Source of the DNA: Raillietiella orientalis
Taxonomy: Eukaryota
Length of the DNA: 64,000 bases
Assembly: GCA_036172245.1 (NCBI GenBank)
Contig: JAYWIR010000003.1
Location: forward strand, 2,604,001-2,668,000
Reading direction: 5' to 3'
Shown piece after piece: positions 13,201 through 25,535 of this stretch (the first letter of the stretch is position 1; the number at the start of each line of letters is the position of its first letter). The translations under genes were made by a program, and so were the position numbers. The notes under the pieces are model-generated. The model made no database searches. It saw only the letters and a program-made list of their open reading frames with translations, and was not told the origin of the DNA.

Positions 13201-16200
13201 TCGCATTTGTTCCCGCACGCGCTTCATCGTGTCCTTTTGGCTCAAGAGAAGTGAGGATCCAAGGATCCGGTAAGCTAAGACTCGCGTTTGAAGAAGAGCT
13301 AGTACGGCTCTGAAGACTTTTTAATGCCCTCGGCGCGCACTTGAAAACCATCACTGTCTCGCGCTGCTTTTCAAACGATCTCCTCGCTTGAAAGCAGACG
13401 ACCTATCCTCAACACGGGTTCAAGGACTCAAAGCTGGAGGGAGGTGGAGGGAATCGCGCATTCCCATCAACTGCTGCAAGGAACGCGAAGAAAGAGAATT
13501 CCAGATGAATCACCGACTCAACAAGTTGCTATGGAACAGCAGAACCATGCGGATGAAAACAGCTAAGGACAGTGTCAATAGCAAAGGGAAAAGTTCATTT
13601 TGTATCACGCGGATTCACGCAACCCATATATTATCGGGGAGGAGAACTTGGAGTTTCTTGGAAAGTCACCCCTTCCCAGATAGTTGTCTCCCAAGTAGCT
13701 GTCTGCCTCCGAGCACGCCCTTCTCGCTTATTTTGGGCGTAAATAACGTCTAGTTATGAAAGGCAATCTTATCGAACCGCTCTCGCGATGATTTAACTTT
13801 TCTAAAGACTTTTACGTCCGCGGCGCAACTTGTGTCAACCAGTTTCCTGACACACCGATAGAGAATAGGGGCCAGAGAAGGGAGGATTGTGTGTTTGTTT
13901 GTTTTTTTTTTTCCCCCCCCCCGCCCTCCTTTTTGCTGTTTGGTGATTTTGAAATCCCGTTTTCGTTTGCACCCCTCCGCCTTCGAGATGAGGGAGTTTG
14001 CTCGCATGCCGAGTTTGCAAGAGGAAGGATAACGCAAGCGTTCGAATGCACAAAGCAGATCGCGGTGCGAACCCTCCCACCACCTCCATTTCATTCAATC
14101 ACCAGGTGATTCCTGGTTCGGATGTCCGACGTCGAAAATCCATTCCCAAAAGCCGCCGCCTTCCCCCGGCCGGAGTCTGCTGGATGGGAACGTGGTCAGT
14201 GCAGGCGCTGGACGCGTCCTCCTTCCCTTTTAATTCGAAAGAGATGTTCATCGTGTTAATTTTCCTATGGTGCCGTGGTCAAAGCGGCAGTGTACATACG
14301 TTCACTACTGCTTCGCCTACATGGAAAACGCCTAAATCCCGCTCTGATCCGTACGCTGATTGCTATCAGGGAAGCTGAGCATCGTTTGATGCGAAAAATG
14401 AGGCGCTTAAGAAGCCGCATTTCGAGGAAGAAATAGGCTAATGGGGGCAGCATGTGACTTGAATGTTTCGTTCGAAAGTGTGAAACACATCATATTGCAC
14501 GGGCATGATGATGCCCTCGGAGTACATGCGAAGGAAAACTCAGGAATGACGAAGGAGACATCGTTTCTCATTGTACTGGACAGTACTGTTCCGTAAAAAT
14601 ACGATCGATCAGCCTCTCGTGGGTTTCACTGCATCACTGAACTTCTTTGGAAGCTCCAGATGAGAATCTCTTTTGATGCACATCGGAAAGCGCGGCAGGT
14701 TCGGGCTGGTTGCCTTGGTGGGTGCTCAGATGATTTCTCTACACGTCGAAAGTTAGCCACCAGGTTTTTCCTGATGCTGCGTCTTGCAGCTGCAGAGAAG
14801 AGACGCCACGAGGGATCGTACTGTTCGAAACTCGAATATCACGATTTTCCTATGAGCGGCCGTGTCCTCAGAATGAATCTCCGATTCGTTCGGCCGTTTG
14901 AAAGGAAAACAAAATTATACAGAAAGCCTGCTTTGAGCCTGCTTCCCTTTCTGACCAGACCGTGACCTTTCTACACCTATGCAAACGCCACCATCCGTAG
15001 AAGGAGTTCCAGGCCCCTTCTATTAGCTGTTGATCGCGAATGCATGTCCGTTCGAGACTGCGCGGTGCGAATGCCATCCAAAGCACGGCCCCCGATGGAC
15101 TTTTTGCGTGCGCATCATGATGCTCTTTTCTCGTCGGTTCCCCATCCGGAGTGGATGCGCTTATGGATTCTTCCTCCGCAACAACTGGAGAGAATCATTC
15201 CGCCTCTTTTTCTTCGTCTGTTTTGTAAACATTCGGTAATTAATGTTTGTGTCTTCTGAAATATCTTCAATTATTCAGTCATTATTTTGCTCTTTGTTTA
15301 TACGAGCAGCTTACCCCAAGAGAGCGTTCGGTGAAGCTTGGTAAGTCGTGTCGGCAAATACATTTCTTACAAGCAGCCAAATAATATCGATTTCTAATTT
15401 AATGAATTATTCAGCGACCTTTTGAGGAAAGTTGCGTATCCCTTCCGCAGTTGACCAGCGCTGTGAGATCTCTTGTTTGCGCTGCTCAGCAGCTCGGGAA
15501 TCGCGGTGGTATAAATACGACCATGTGACCTCAAACTGCATTTAAGATGATACCATCGATACGGAAACCTGCCCTCAAAATAGGTTTTTATTTTCTCTCC
15601 GAAAGAGCGCGTTGGGACTTTCTTTACGAGTGTCGTGCCAAAAGGCTCCAGGAAACGAACGACTTCTGCATAGTCAATTTATCGATTCATCTTTGATGGC
15701 AAGCTGTGTGTTCTTCAGCTGCCTTTTTTTAACGTGCGAACGCGTCGCGGAGGCATCGCACAGTGATTGGAAACGGTACTTCCTCTTCCTTCCAGAACAA
15801 AAATGGGGATTTTCTGCCTTTCGCAGAAGACTTTTTCTTTCCGGCTTAGCTGAAGCCACCTAGACTGACCCTCATCGGTTCCAGTGTGGCGAGCGCGAAG
15901 GTTTCACCCCTCGGACAAAATTGTCAGATAAAACAAGATGGAATTCGTTGTCATCGGATTCGTTTGACATTTCGCCATTACCGCCAGGGATGGCTCATCA
16001 AAATTATCGATCAACGAGTTGCCTTGGCGCGGTTTTATGGACGGAACGTCCCTTTCGCCTTTTGCCTAGGACGGTCAGTTTCTCTCTATGAGCAGAGGTC
16101 GCTAAAGGACGCGGATGCGAGCGCGAGCTGGAAATTCCAACTTTGCGGGGAACACACAATCATCAGTTATCAGTCAGAGATCGATACGCCTGAGGCGATC

Positions 16201-19200
16201 ATCATAGTCAAGCGGACTGCACAAGTAAGTGGGAGACGTCCACCGTGCAAATGAGTAGCAGCAGCAACGGAAACGGTAGAGCTTTGCCTCTGCTGCTTCG
16301 ACGGCGAAGGTTACTTATCGGGGGTTTTTTGCCACTGAGCGGATGATGCTGGAATTTCGAAATGGATCACCTGTATGATGAACGCGCGGTGGACTCGCCG
16401 TGGACACCCTGTCGATCGTGGAGCAAGAAGAAGCGAAAGCCTTCTCCCTGGTTTTTATGAACTGAGAGCAAATCAAGAGAGCTCGGGAATAAAAATAGGG
16501 AACACCGCGGCCTCATCAGTGGTAAACACAAACACTTAGCAAATGTCACGAAGTTACGCCGACGACGAGGTACCGCTAGTCAAGTAGGGTCATGATAACA
16601 GCTTCACCTTTAGGAAGCAGTCAAGAGGGAGTGAAGTGCTCCTTCCCGAGATGTCACTCGGATACCAAGCTGGTACTAATTCACCGCAAGTGCGGCGACA
16701 GTCCCGGATGCCTGATCTCAACTTGACACCGGCCGATTCGAAAGGCCGCATTTTTAATGTGCTTTTGCAAGGCGATTTCTGGTGGACCACAGCTTCTCGA
16801 TGCGGACAAATTTCGACAACGCTGGAGGGCAAAAGCTTGCTTCGGGAATAGGTGGCCCACTCTCCGTTATGATTTATGGCTCTTCAAGGCTATCATTTAG
16901 ACGAGACACTATTTGTAGCGGGAGACCAAGCGCATCCTGCTCTGCTGCTGCCTCACTGCGAGCACCGGAGATCCCGTGTTTTCCTCTGACCTGCTTTCAT
17001 TGCCAGGGTCATTAAAAGCTCCTGGGAGTTCCGGTCGGCGTGGTGGCTGAAATTCTTCAGAGCCCTGAACGCTGCCGATCCCGCCAGTTACAAGTACGAT
17101 TTTCTTAGCCTGCCGCTTCCACCCTTCTTCATGAGTGCACGTCCTGTGCAGCCCATCCACGCTGATCCCGAAGAGTCTTTTTTCATTTTCCTTTAAAACC
17201 TATCGTTGGCGATCAAAGGAAAAGGTTCTTGGTTTTCTTTCGGGAAAAAATTTCTCGAAAAAGATTTCTGTGGAACATGAGGACGGATAGATGAAAGCAC
17301 TTTGGTGCTTTTCTGATCGAGGAATCAGTTACTGTGTCAATGGGCAGATGAACCCATGGCAGCTGAGCCGCTTCATTGACATGCCGCTCTTGAGGAGCAT
17401 CTACAAGACCTCTCGACGGGAGAGTGCCTTTCAGCAAGAGATGACAGATTTGAGGGAACTTGAACTGTCTCGGTGGCAAGCCTGAGGATGTGGTCACTAC
17501 ACATCCCACACGAGGCGCTTCCTGCTTCGCTAGTCAGCCTTCACTTCAAATTCCCTTTACGATATCTTCATTCGCCATACTGGCCCTCAACATGAATGAG
17601 GATCGATTTGTTGGGCTGTCACCATCATTGGCAACTTGCTTGTTCGCCCTCTACAGTACCTTTTCGAAGGTTTGCGGGAAGGTTTCTTTCTTTCGGATGC
17701 CAGAGCGTCCGGGAATTGCTTTTCTTAAGCTCTTCTGTTCATAGAGACCATCTTCGGGCACCTTTTCTGACTCGCCCGTGATCTCCTGTCCACCGAGGTG
17801 GACAGGAGATTCTCCGTTCTACATAGGCGGCTTTCCGTTCTTAAAGACCGAGCTAACTCTCCCTCTCCGATCCAAGAGAGCATCGCAGGAGTCCCCGTTT
17901 TCCTCAAACGACCTGTAGGTCGTTGCAGAAATGCGTTACGGGACTGCAGCGGCAAACCTAATTTTTTTGCCCGAGAGAGTGGCCCCCATGAACTTAAAAC
18001 GAGCTTTCACAGCTTGCATGAAACATGCGAGGGTGTAAACGATGATAATTGTAAAATCTGGAACCTGACCGCGAAGTCCTAAAATCCATCGCGGCAGCCA
18101 ACTTCGTCTGGAGAGTAGCGACGCTTTTGCTTTCGATTGAGGAAGCGCAAGAATCACTGGATGTGGCACAGATCTGTGGAGGCAGCACGTTCCGTCCTTC
18201 AGAGGCGAAAGAGAGCGCGATGAAAGCAGCGATACCCGTGAGCACTATCTCCCGCGGTGTTTTATGCACCCTTGTAAATCAGCAGAATCGGCAAACGGCG
18301 CGGCTAATTGTGCCAATCCGTCTTACGACAAGCAGGTCATCAAGGCAAGGGCACACCGGCACTCCTTGCTCGAGCTTGAACCCAAGAGGCGAACGTTTGT
18401 ACATCGGAATTTCGAATTTCGCGAACACCGGGAGCTTGAAGTTCCTTCCAACTTTTGCAGAGAGAAGAAGAAGACGAAGGAGAAATGCAAAAGGCTGCCC
18501 TTCAGATCGTCGCAGGAGGTTACTGGAAAGGCACGCGGCAAAATCCCTCAAGGGTTCTTTCATCTGCGTCCTGCAATGCACCACTTCGGAACGGAATACT
18601 CTTCGGGTGTGCTTGAAGGTGTAGGGAGCAGCGCATAAGGGATGAGGATCTTTAGCTAGCACGTCAATGAAAACAGAAGACAAAAGTGTTACAGTGTTCA
18701 CCCTCCAGAGCTAGCATCAGCTGGAAGAAGGAAAAGTGCAAGTACAAGGGACTAAGAGGACGCTGGCATGGGCGCGGAGACGAGCAGAAAGAAGTTCGTG
18801 CAGCATCCCAGATGACTCGCCCTTCGTAGAGAAACCGGTGGCAACAAGCGCAAAGTAGGCACCGCCGAAGATTTCACCCTATCTAGGGCTGCAAGATTCG
18901 AGCGACCATTTCCAGCATCTCGAGTGTACTCCAGCGATCCAAGAATCGAAGACCACGACGGCCGCTTTTGAAAACTCCCGAAATAATGGCCCCTTGCTTC
19001 CCGTGGAGGCTCGATCGGGAGAAACGGTTGGGTAAGCTGGCTCGACCCGTGGACCAGATTCTCGCCGTTCTCAATCCGCGAACCAACCCTTCGGCCGCAC
19101 GCCTCAGTGATCTCCTGTTTCACCGAGCATTCGACATCCGCAATCTCTGCCGGACGACTTGAAGCTGCATCGCCACTAAGCAGGGTCCCCGTCACTGCCG

Positions 19201-22200
19201 TTCTTGTGACAGGGCTTGCATCTGGTCGGGTGGTAGCGCTGCTCGGAAGGAAAGAGGAAGGGGGGGGGGGGGATTTGCGCAGGAAGAGAGGTTCCTGCCG
19301 AAAAGGGGAGTGTTTCTCTCTTCGAGCTGCAATCCTGCAGCTTGCGTGATCCCATGACGGTGGTTCTGAGTATGGAGTGTAAATCATCATCAACCAGGAT
19401 CAGACTCAGGCCCAGGCATTTTCAATCCATTGCCTTGGGGGTAATGGCTCCAGCACCTAAAAGTTGGCTCGCTTTCACAGAACAACTGCCGAAGAGGATG
19501 CGAGTTTTCCTGTGGGGCTCGGAGTCGAAAAAGAGATACACAAACAAAAGATCAAAACGCTAACGGCAGCAGCGGATGCTTCCTTTCAAGCGACACAGAG
19601 GGAAGGACAATGTGTTGTTCTTGAAAGCCACTTCCTAGAGAGATAAACGTTTCGCAGAGAGCAACTATTGCAAATGAGATCAGCAAGCATGCGGAAGGAT
19701 GTCTCATCAGCTCTGGAAGGGAATAAATCACGAGAGCATCTCATTTTTTTTTTTTCTTCTTCTTCTTCCTCTTCTTCTTCTCCTTCTAGACACACACACA
19801 CACACAAAAAAAAAAAGGAAAAAAAAATCGCTAAGGGGCTCCGCGGAGAGATTACAATCTTGCAAGCCCTGTGGTTCTTTGTTTTGATTCTTGCACCAAG
19901 AACCGCGGTAAATGGAAGCACCCAGCCTCTCCCAAGGAGCATCTGCTAATTCCCCAATTTGCAAGCACTCATCCTCGAAAATTCGAAAGGATTCTCCTGC
20001 ACGAAGATGCAATCTGCTCCTGACTTTGCAATTCATATTTCCTGAAATTCACAGTTGCGCTCCAGAGGCAGGAGCCGCGCGCTGCGAGGGATCACTCGCG
20101 AGAATTGCGGCAAGTCGTCTGCATCTCGCACCGGGAACGCTGGATGCGAGGGACCGAGGAACCAATGCCTTTTGTTTCCCCTTTCACGCGGCGCAGAAGA
20201 TACATTCGGGAGGCAGCAGCAGCATCCATTGTGGAAGAGCGTGCGGTCCCCCGCCGAGCGTACGGAAACACCACGGAATCTTATCAATCGCGAGTTGATG
20301 CTCGGCATCACGGGAAACGGCCGCGTTGCCATGACAAATTTGCAAATAAACTCTCTTTGTTTCCCAGTTGCCTTCTCCGAAACGGGATGGATCCTTCGAG
20401 CGCCATCAAGGTGAATGGACTGGTAAAAATAGGTTCGGGGGGGAAGACGTGCGGTTTCGATTTCGACGGTGGGGGGAGGGAGGGGGTGAAGGGCTTGGAC
20501 AGGTGGCTGCGCCACGGCCCTTGAAGCGAGCTCCAGCAGCATCTCGCACCCGGCTCGCCTGTCGGCACCTCCGGCACAGGAACGCGATCTGCGCGCGCTC
20601 ATGGAGACCCGGAAATCCCCGAAGGAATCCTCGGCCGGGGACTTCACGTGCAACGCGCCCGCGTTGCCGTGGGCGACGGCCGGGAGATCTCCCCTCTCCC
20701 AACGGATCCCTCAGAATTCGGGAGAACGGAGCGAACAGGCAGCTGTCGATTCCCTCCCCCCTGCCCGCCCGGCTTTTCAGCCACGCTACCACTCGAGATC
20801 CACGTGGTCACGACACCGCCCCGCTACTCCCCGTTCCGAGCATTGTCACAGTGTCCCGAGTTTCCCCCTCAGTCCTCCTCCCCCGTTTGCATCTTTCGAT
20901 GCTCGCCACCGCGACTCCCGCCAGCGTGGCTGAATCGGTGCACTCGCGCTCGGCACTGCGTTCCTGGAAGCGCGCGGGAACAGGAAGAAGACCCGAACGA
21001 CCCCGGCTTTCACCGCACGAAGAACCCGATTCACCGGTTCGGCGGAGGGGGACGCGCAACGCCCCACCACCCTTGACCTCGGAGCTCGGGAGGGGACGCC
21101 CCGCTGCCGAACCCTCGTCCTCCCCTCAGGAAGGGGCAATTCGCCCCCGCGGCTTTCCTCGGCAAGGCCGCGCGCGAGCGCCTCCTCCAGGCGGGCCCGC
21201 CCGACCTCGCCCGCTGAACCCGTGCGCGGAGCGTCCTCCCACGCGAGCTGCATGAATGGGAAAGGGGAGGAGGGGGGGAGTTGCGGAGGCAGGAGGCGGA
21301 GGACGACTCCAGGAAACCCTTCTGCGCACTTGAAAATCCCGCCCGCAATCACTTCCGGCTTTTCCTCTTGGATCCCGGGAGCTTTCGGTGGGAAGAGAAG
21401 CGGAGAGGCGCGAACTCGGCTTGCCGGAGGTGACCTTCCCCTTCCCCCTTCCTTGGAGGAGGAGGCTGACTGACACGATCGAAAGACCAGGGATGTGTCG
21501 TCGAGGAAGGTCGTCGGCGTTTCCGCCCGGAAGGCTGCCGCGCTCTTTCTCGGAGGAGCAAGAAGATGAAGAAAGGATCCTTCCTTTTTGCGGGACGTCC
21601 GTTGCCACGGAAGCGATGTGTATATTTTTATCTTTTGCTCGCTGTTTGCGACTCAACCTCCTTCCCGAGGGAGAGTCCTCGAGCACCGCGCCCTGGGGCC
21701 GCGAAGAAGCGGCAGTGATTTCAAGGTCGCAGCGCTTGGCATGACCTGCACGGGCGCAACCGCGAACAGCGGAGAGGTCGGCCGACAGGAGGCGCTCGTG
21801 CTGGGGTACTGAGAGGCGGCGCGCGATCCCGGTCTCCCGCCGGAGGCTCCTGGTCTCCACGGGAACCTCCCTGGAGTCAGCAGGTTGTCGGGTCCCGAGC
21901 GAGCGTGACCCGACACGTCACGGATGGCAGCGGCTCCCGCGTTTCCGAGCAACGGCAACGGCGGCAGGTGCGAAGCGGCAGATTGATGGCTGCTCAGGCT
22001 GCAGGCACGGAGCTGCGAAGGGTGCGCGTCGCGTGGGGCCAGTGGACGCGTTCCTCTTCCTCGAGGAGGAGGAGCCAGGGATGCTGGGGTCACTGCACCT
22101 GGAGAGCCGGTCCCTCGACCCCAGAGGCCCGCTCTTCACCCTCCTGCGAGCGCGCGGCCGGCGGCGGCGTTAGCAGACCCTCCATCCCCTTCCTTTCCCC

Positions 22201-22708
22201 ACGGTAACCGTCTGCGCGCCCCTGCCGCAAGGTGCCGCCACTTCCTCCATCAAGGGTGGGCGCACGCCGCAGTCGAGTATCTCGGGCGACGGTGCGGCAA
22301 GGAAGGAGCGTGGTCGCCAGCCTCCGTCGCTTCCACCTTCACCGAGATCGGGGGGATGCCTTCCCTTTCGCCTCCGTCCGAGCGGATACGCTAAGGCGGA
22401 AGGAGGTGGAGGAAGAAGGGAGGAGGTACTTCCCGGAGAATGGGGGGCTTTTCCGTGGTTTCGTCTTCCTGCCCTTGGGCGAGGCGTGGGCGGTGGTCCC
22501 GCCGCGAACGGAAGTCCCCGCCCCCTCCTTCTCACACACGGTTACCCGCTCCCCCCTGTAGGAAGGAAGGGAGCCAGAATGCAAAGAAAGAAAAGAGGCG
22601 GAAAGGAAGCCTCTCCAGATGTCGCCATGAGGAGGAGAGGGGGAGAGCTGCCCGCTGTCCCGTGAACTTCCCGACGGACGCTGCACGGGGCGCGCTCGCT
22701 CTCGGCGT

Positions 22709-22783
22709 GAATAAATAGCCAAATAAATAGACGGGCAGACATAGATAAATGCATAAATAAATAAATGAATGAATAAATAATGG
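22709..22783. promoter_or_regulatory. AT-rich island with 7x ATAAAT (ATTTAT) plus TAATGG; candidate homeodomain-site cluster
   Basis: ATAAAT occurs at 22711, 22723, 22745, 22753, 22757, 22761 and 22773, and TAATGG at 22778, inside otherwise very GC-rich DNA. Confidence 0.35.
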
Positions 22784-24838
22784 ATGCCGGAACCGGCGCT
22801 TTCCTTTTCGGCATTTCAGCTGCTTCCTGGGAGATGGAGAGGCGTGATTTCACCGCGAGCGCGCGCGAGCACGACGCGGAGGCTCGCGACCTGGCCGCTA
22901 GGGGCGCGCTGTTCTCTCGGCGGCGCTTCCCGCGCCCGCGCCTGCCCAGCCAGCCTGCGAGCGGGCAGCGGCACGAAGAAACCGCCCTCTCCCCCTCTCC
23001 ATTCCTCCCCCCCCCCTCCCCTTCCGTTCCCCCTGCTTCCCGGAAACGGTTCCTCCGATCGATCCCGGCGCTCGGAGTCTCTCCTGGCCACCCCAGGCGT
23101 CCGGGAGGCAGGGAGGAAGGAGAAGCCGTTCCGCGGAAGGGGCAGGCGCCCCCTGGCGACAGAGCGACCTCCCGCTCGCGAGTTGCGCGTGACCAGTGCG
23201 CGTGCGCGCGCGCATGCGCCGGGGGGGACCCGCGGAGGGTCCTTCGCCGAGATCGGTCGAAGCGCGCCTGCGTGGCGGCCGCGCGCCCGGCGGATCGATG
23301 CGGAAGAGAGGAGAATGGGAGAGGCGCGCTCCCGCCGACGACGCTGCGGGCAAGCAAGGAGCGAGGAGGGGAGCGGCGACGGCGCGCACCCCTGGACCGG
23401 ACGCGCGCGCGCCCTACGGTCCCGCCTCCTCCCTGAAGTACGTGCGCGCGCGGATGCTCATGCCGGTCCGAGGAGATGGCGATGGCGTTGGCACGCTCAC
23501 GCAGGTGGAGCGGAGGAAAAACGTCCCGGGGGGGTGGGGTGACGGAGGTGCTGCCGCCGCCGTCGCGCGGGAGGACTGGAAAGCGGGCGCGCACGCACGC
23601 CCGCACGCACGCATGCACGCACGAGCAAGCGAGCGAGCGGGAGGGCTGAGAAGGAGAAGGGGGAGGGGGAAGCCGGCAAGAAGAGTCACAAAAAAAAAAA
23701 AATAAAGAAAACTAAAGAAAAAGGAAGGGGAGGGGGAGGAGGAAGAGGAGGAAGAGAAGGTGGAAAGAGGGAATGCGTGAGCTCGCACGCACGCATACGC
23801 TCGCGTGTGCGCGCGCGAGCGCGCCTTTCCCCGCGCTCTCCCGGCAGCTGCAGGGCGAGCAGCCTGCAGACTCTTCCACCGGTCCACGGGAGCGAGGAGG
23901 CGTGGGAGGGAAGAAGGGGGCCAGCACGCACGCGATGCCCCCCCCCCCTCCCCTCCCTCTACTTCCCATCGCAGATGGGGTTCCTCGCAGCGGCGGCTCC
24001 AAGACTCGGCGGAACGCTTGCAGGCGCGCCTGCGCCGTGCCACCACCACCCCGGCGAGGCGTCTCCTGGGCAACAAGAAGGAGGGGGAGGGAGACAATGG
24101 GGGAAGGAGGGGGGGGGGGGGGAAGTACGCGGTCGGTTTTTCCCGTGAACGCTGCTGCCCTGCCGACCACGTGGGCGACGCTGCCGGAGCGCCGCGGGCC
24201 TGCCGGGGCAAACGAGGCGCACCTCAGTCTCCCCCCTTCAAGCCCTACTTACAGGCTCCCCTGGTCGCCGTGTGGGAGCCTCAGGGCTTGCGCGGCCCGG
24301 TGGGAGTTCGCGCGTGGCAAACACTCCGCAGCGGCGAGGATGGCCGACGGCCACCACCCTTGGCCACCCTGCCTCTCTCTCGGCCATCCGACCGGGGTCA
24401 CCAAGGAAGCGGCGTGCGGTCGTTCGGGGGCGGAGGACGGAGTGGGAAGACGGCCTCCCGGGGCGCGGAGGGACAGCCGTCCCCTCAAGCCCCACCCGCG
24501 TCCCTTCCGTGCGCGCCGCTCGCGTCTCCCCGCGGCCGCACCGCGAACGCCGCCGTCCGCCGCCGGCGGAGGCGCTGCGTGCGGCGGTCCTCGCGCGCCG
24601 CCCGAGTGGGAACCGAGCCGAGAAGGATGAGGGGGGGGGGGCGGGGAGGGAGGGAGGGAGGGGCAGGGGTGCGACCCTTGTCGCGCCTGCCGCCCTTCCC
24701 CTCCTCCTCGCGGGTTGGCGCGGGCGGTCCCTCGTGAGCGTGCACGAGCTCACGGAGGCGACGGCAGCGGCCCGCGCGCGCGAGCAAGGGGCGCGCGTAG
24801 GGGGCGCGCGTAGCGGGAGATCGAGAGCCAAAGGTGCG

Positions 24839-24847
24839 TCCTACCTG
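24839..24847 (-). promoter_or_regulatory. 5' splice donor of the Ubx first coding exon (CAG|GTAGGA)
   Basis: The GT follows ...ATC GCA G directly. Ubx similarity ends here and the read-through peptide (RTHLWLS...) is not Ubx-like. Confidence 0.85.
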
Positions 24848-25454
24848 CGATGGCCATCCAGGGGTAGAAGGTGTGGTTGGCGGGCTGCTGCACCTGGGTC
24901 TGGGCCGCCGCGGCCGCGCTGTTGAGGGAGCACGTGTTCCAGGCTGCCCCGCCGACCGCCCGGGGGCTGGTGCTCAGCGAGTCACAGTAGGGCCGCGTGA
25001 GGTCTGGGGTGCAGACGGAGGGCCGCACGGGCCACGGCGGGCAGCCCACGTCCTTGGCGGCGGCGGCGGCGGCGGCGCCCGCACCGGCGCCGGCGCCCAC
25101 GGAGGGCACGCTGAATCCGTTCTGATCCTTGCCGGACCCCCCGGACAGGCAGTCCACTTTGTAGGCCGCCGCCGCGTGGGCGTGGTGGGCGTCGGCGGCG
25201 GCCGCGGCTGCGGCTGCGGCTGCGGCGGCGGCTGCGGCGGCGGCCGTGCTCGTGGTGCCCACGGCGGGGTACAGCTTGCAGGAGGGGGCCACGTTGGGCG
25301 AGTCGTAGGGCGCGTCCTGGGGCGGGCGGCCCTGGTGCTGGGCGTAGGGCGACACGCTGAGGCTCAGGGGGAAGCGGTAGGGCTGTTCGGCCGCCGCCGC
25401 GGTGGCTCCCTGGGGCCCGTAGAAGCCGGCGGTCTGCTCGAAGTAGGTGTTCAT
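24845..25454 (-). CDS. Ubx: Ultrabithorax (Hox7-class homeodomain transcription factor), first coding exon (203 codons + 1 nt); homeobox exon not found in the window
   Basis: Lies within ORF 24750..25493(-), with ATG at 25454. The translation carries the Ubx blocks MN(T/S)YFEQ-GFYG, EQPYRFPL, SCKLY, YKVDC, KDQNG, PVRPSVCTPD and WNTCSL, plus the Ubx hexapeptide context NHTFYPWMAIAG. It is followed at once by GCAG|GTAGGA, a phase-1 donor at the usual Ubx intron position. Confidence 0.94.
24855..24869 (-). other. Ubx: Hexapeptide (FYPWM) Exd/Pbx-interaction motif of Ubx
   Basis: Minus-strand codons TTC TAC CCC TGG ATG; an established Hox cofactor-binding motif. Confidence 0.93.
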
Positions 25455-25535
25455 AGCGACGACGGCTTCACTCGATGCACCGGCTGCAGACACCTCACTC
25501 GCAATGGCTCCGCGACAATCGCGCGGTATGCGGAG

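Larger units (their letters stand above)
1..24844 (-). other. Ubx: Large Ubx intron (partial, >24.8 kb)
   Basis: No RRRGRQTY/LEKEF/WFQNRR homeobox peptide appears in the ORF track or in my scan downstream of the donor. Long introns between hexapeptide and homeobox are typical of arthropod Ubx. Confidence 0.8.
20400..25530. other. GC/CpG-rich island covering the Ubx first exon and the first ~4.4 kb of intron
   Basis: GC and CpG density are visibly higher than in the flanks, with many GCGCGC and G/C runs. This explains the many long overlapping Arg/Ala/Gly/Pro-rich spurious ORFs. Confidence 0.8.

Noticed and set aside
20368..24925. Many overlapping 200-358 aa Arg/Ala/Gly/Pro-rich ORFs
   Set aside because: Expected in very GC-rich DNA; they are open in several frames at once and show no recognisable domain.
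25455..25493. 13-codon N-terminal extension (MSAAGASSEAVVA) in the ORF track
   Set aside because: It begins at GTG; the conserved Ubx start is the ATG of MNTYFEQ at 25454.
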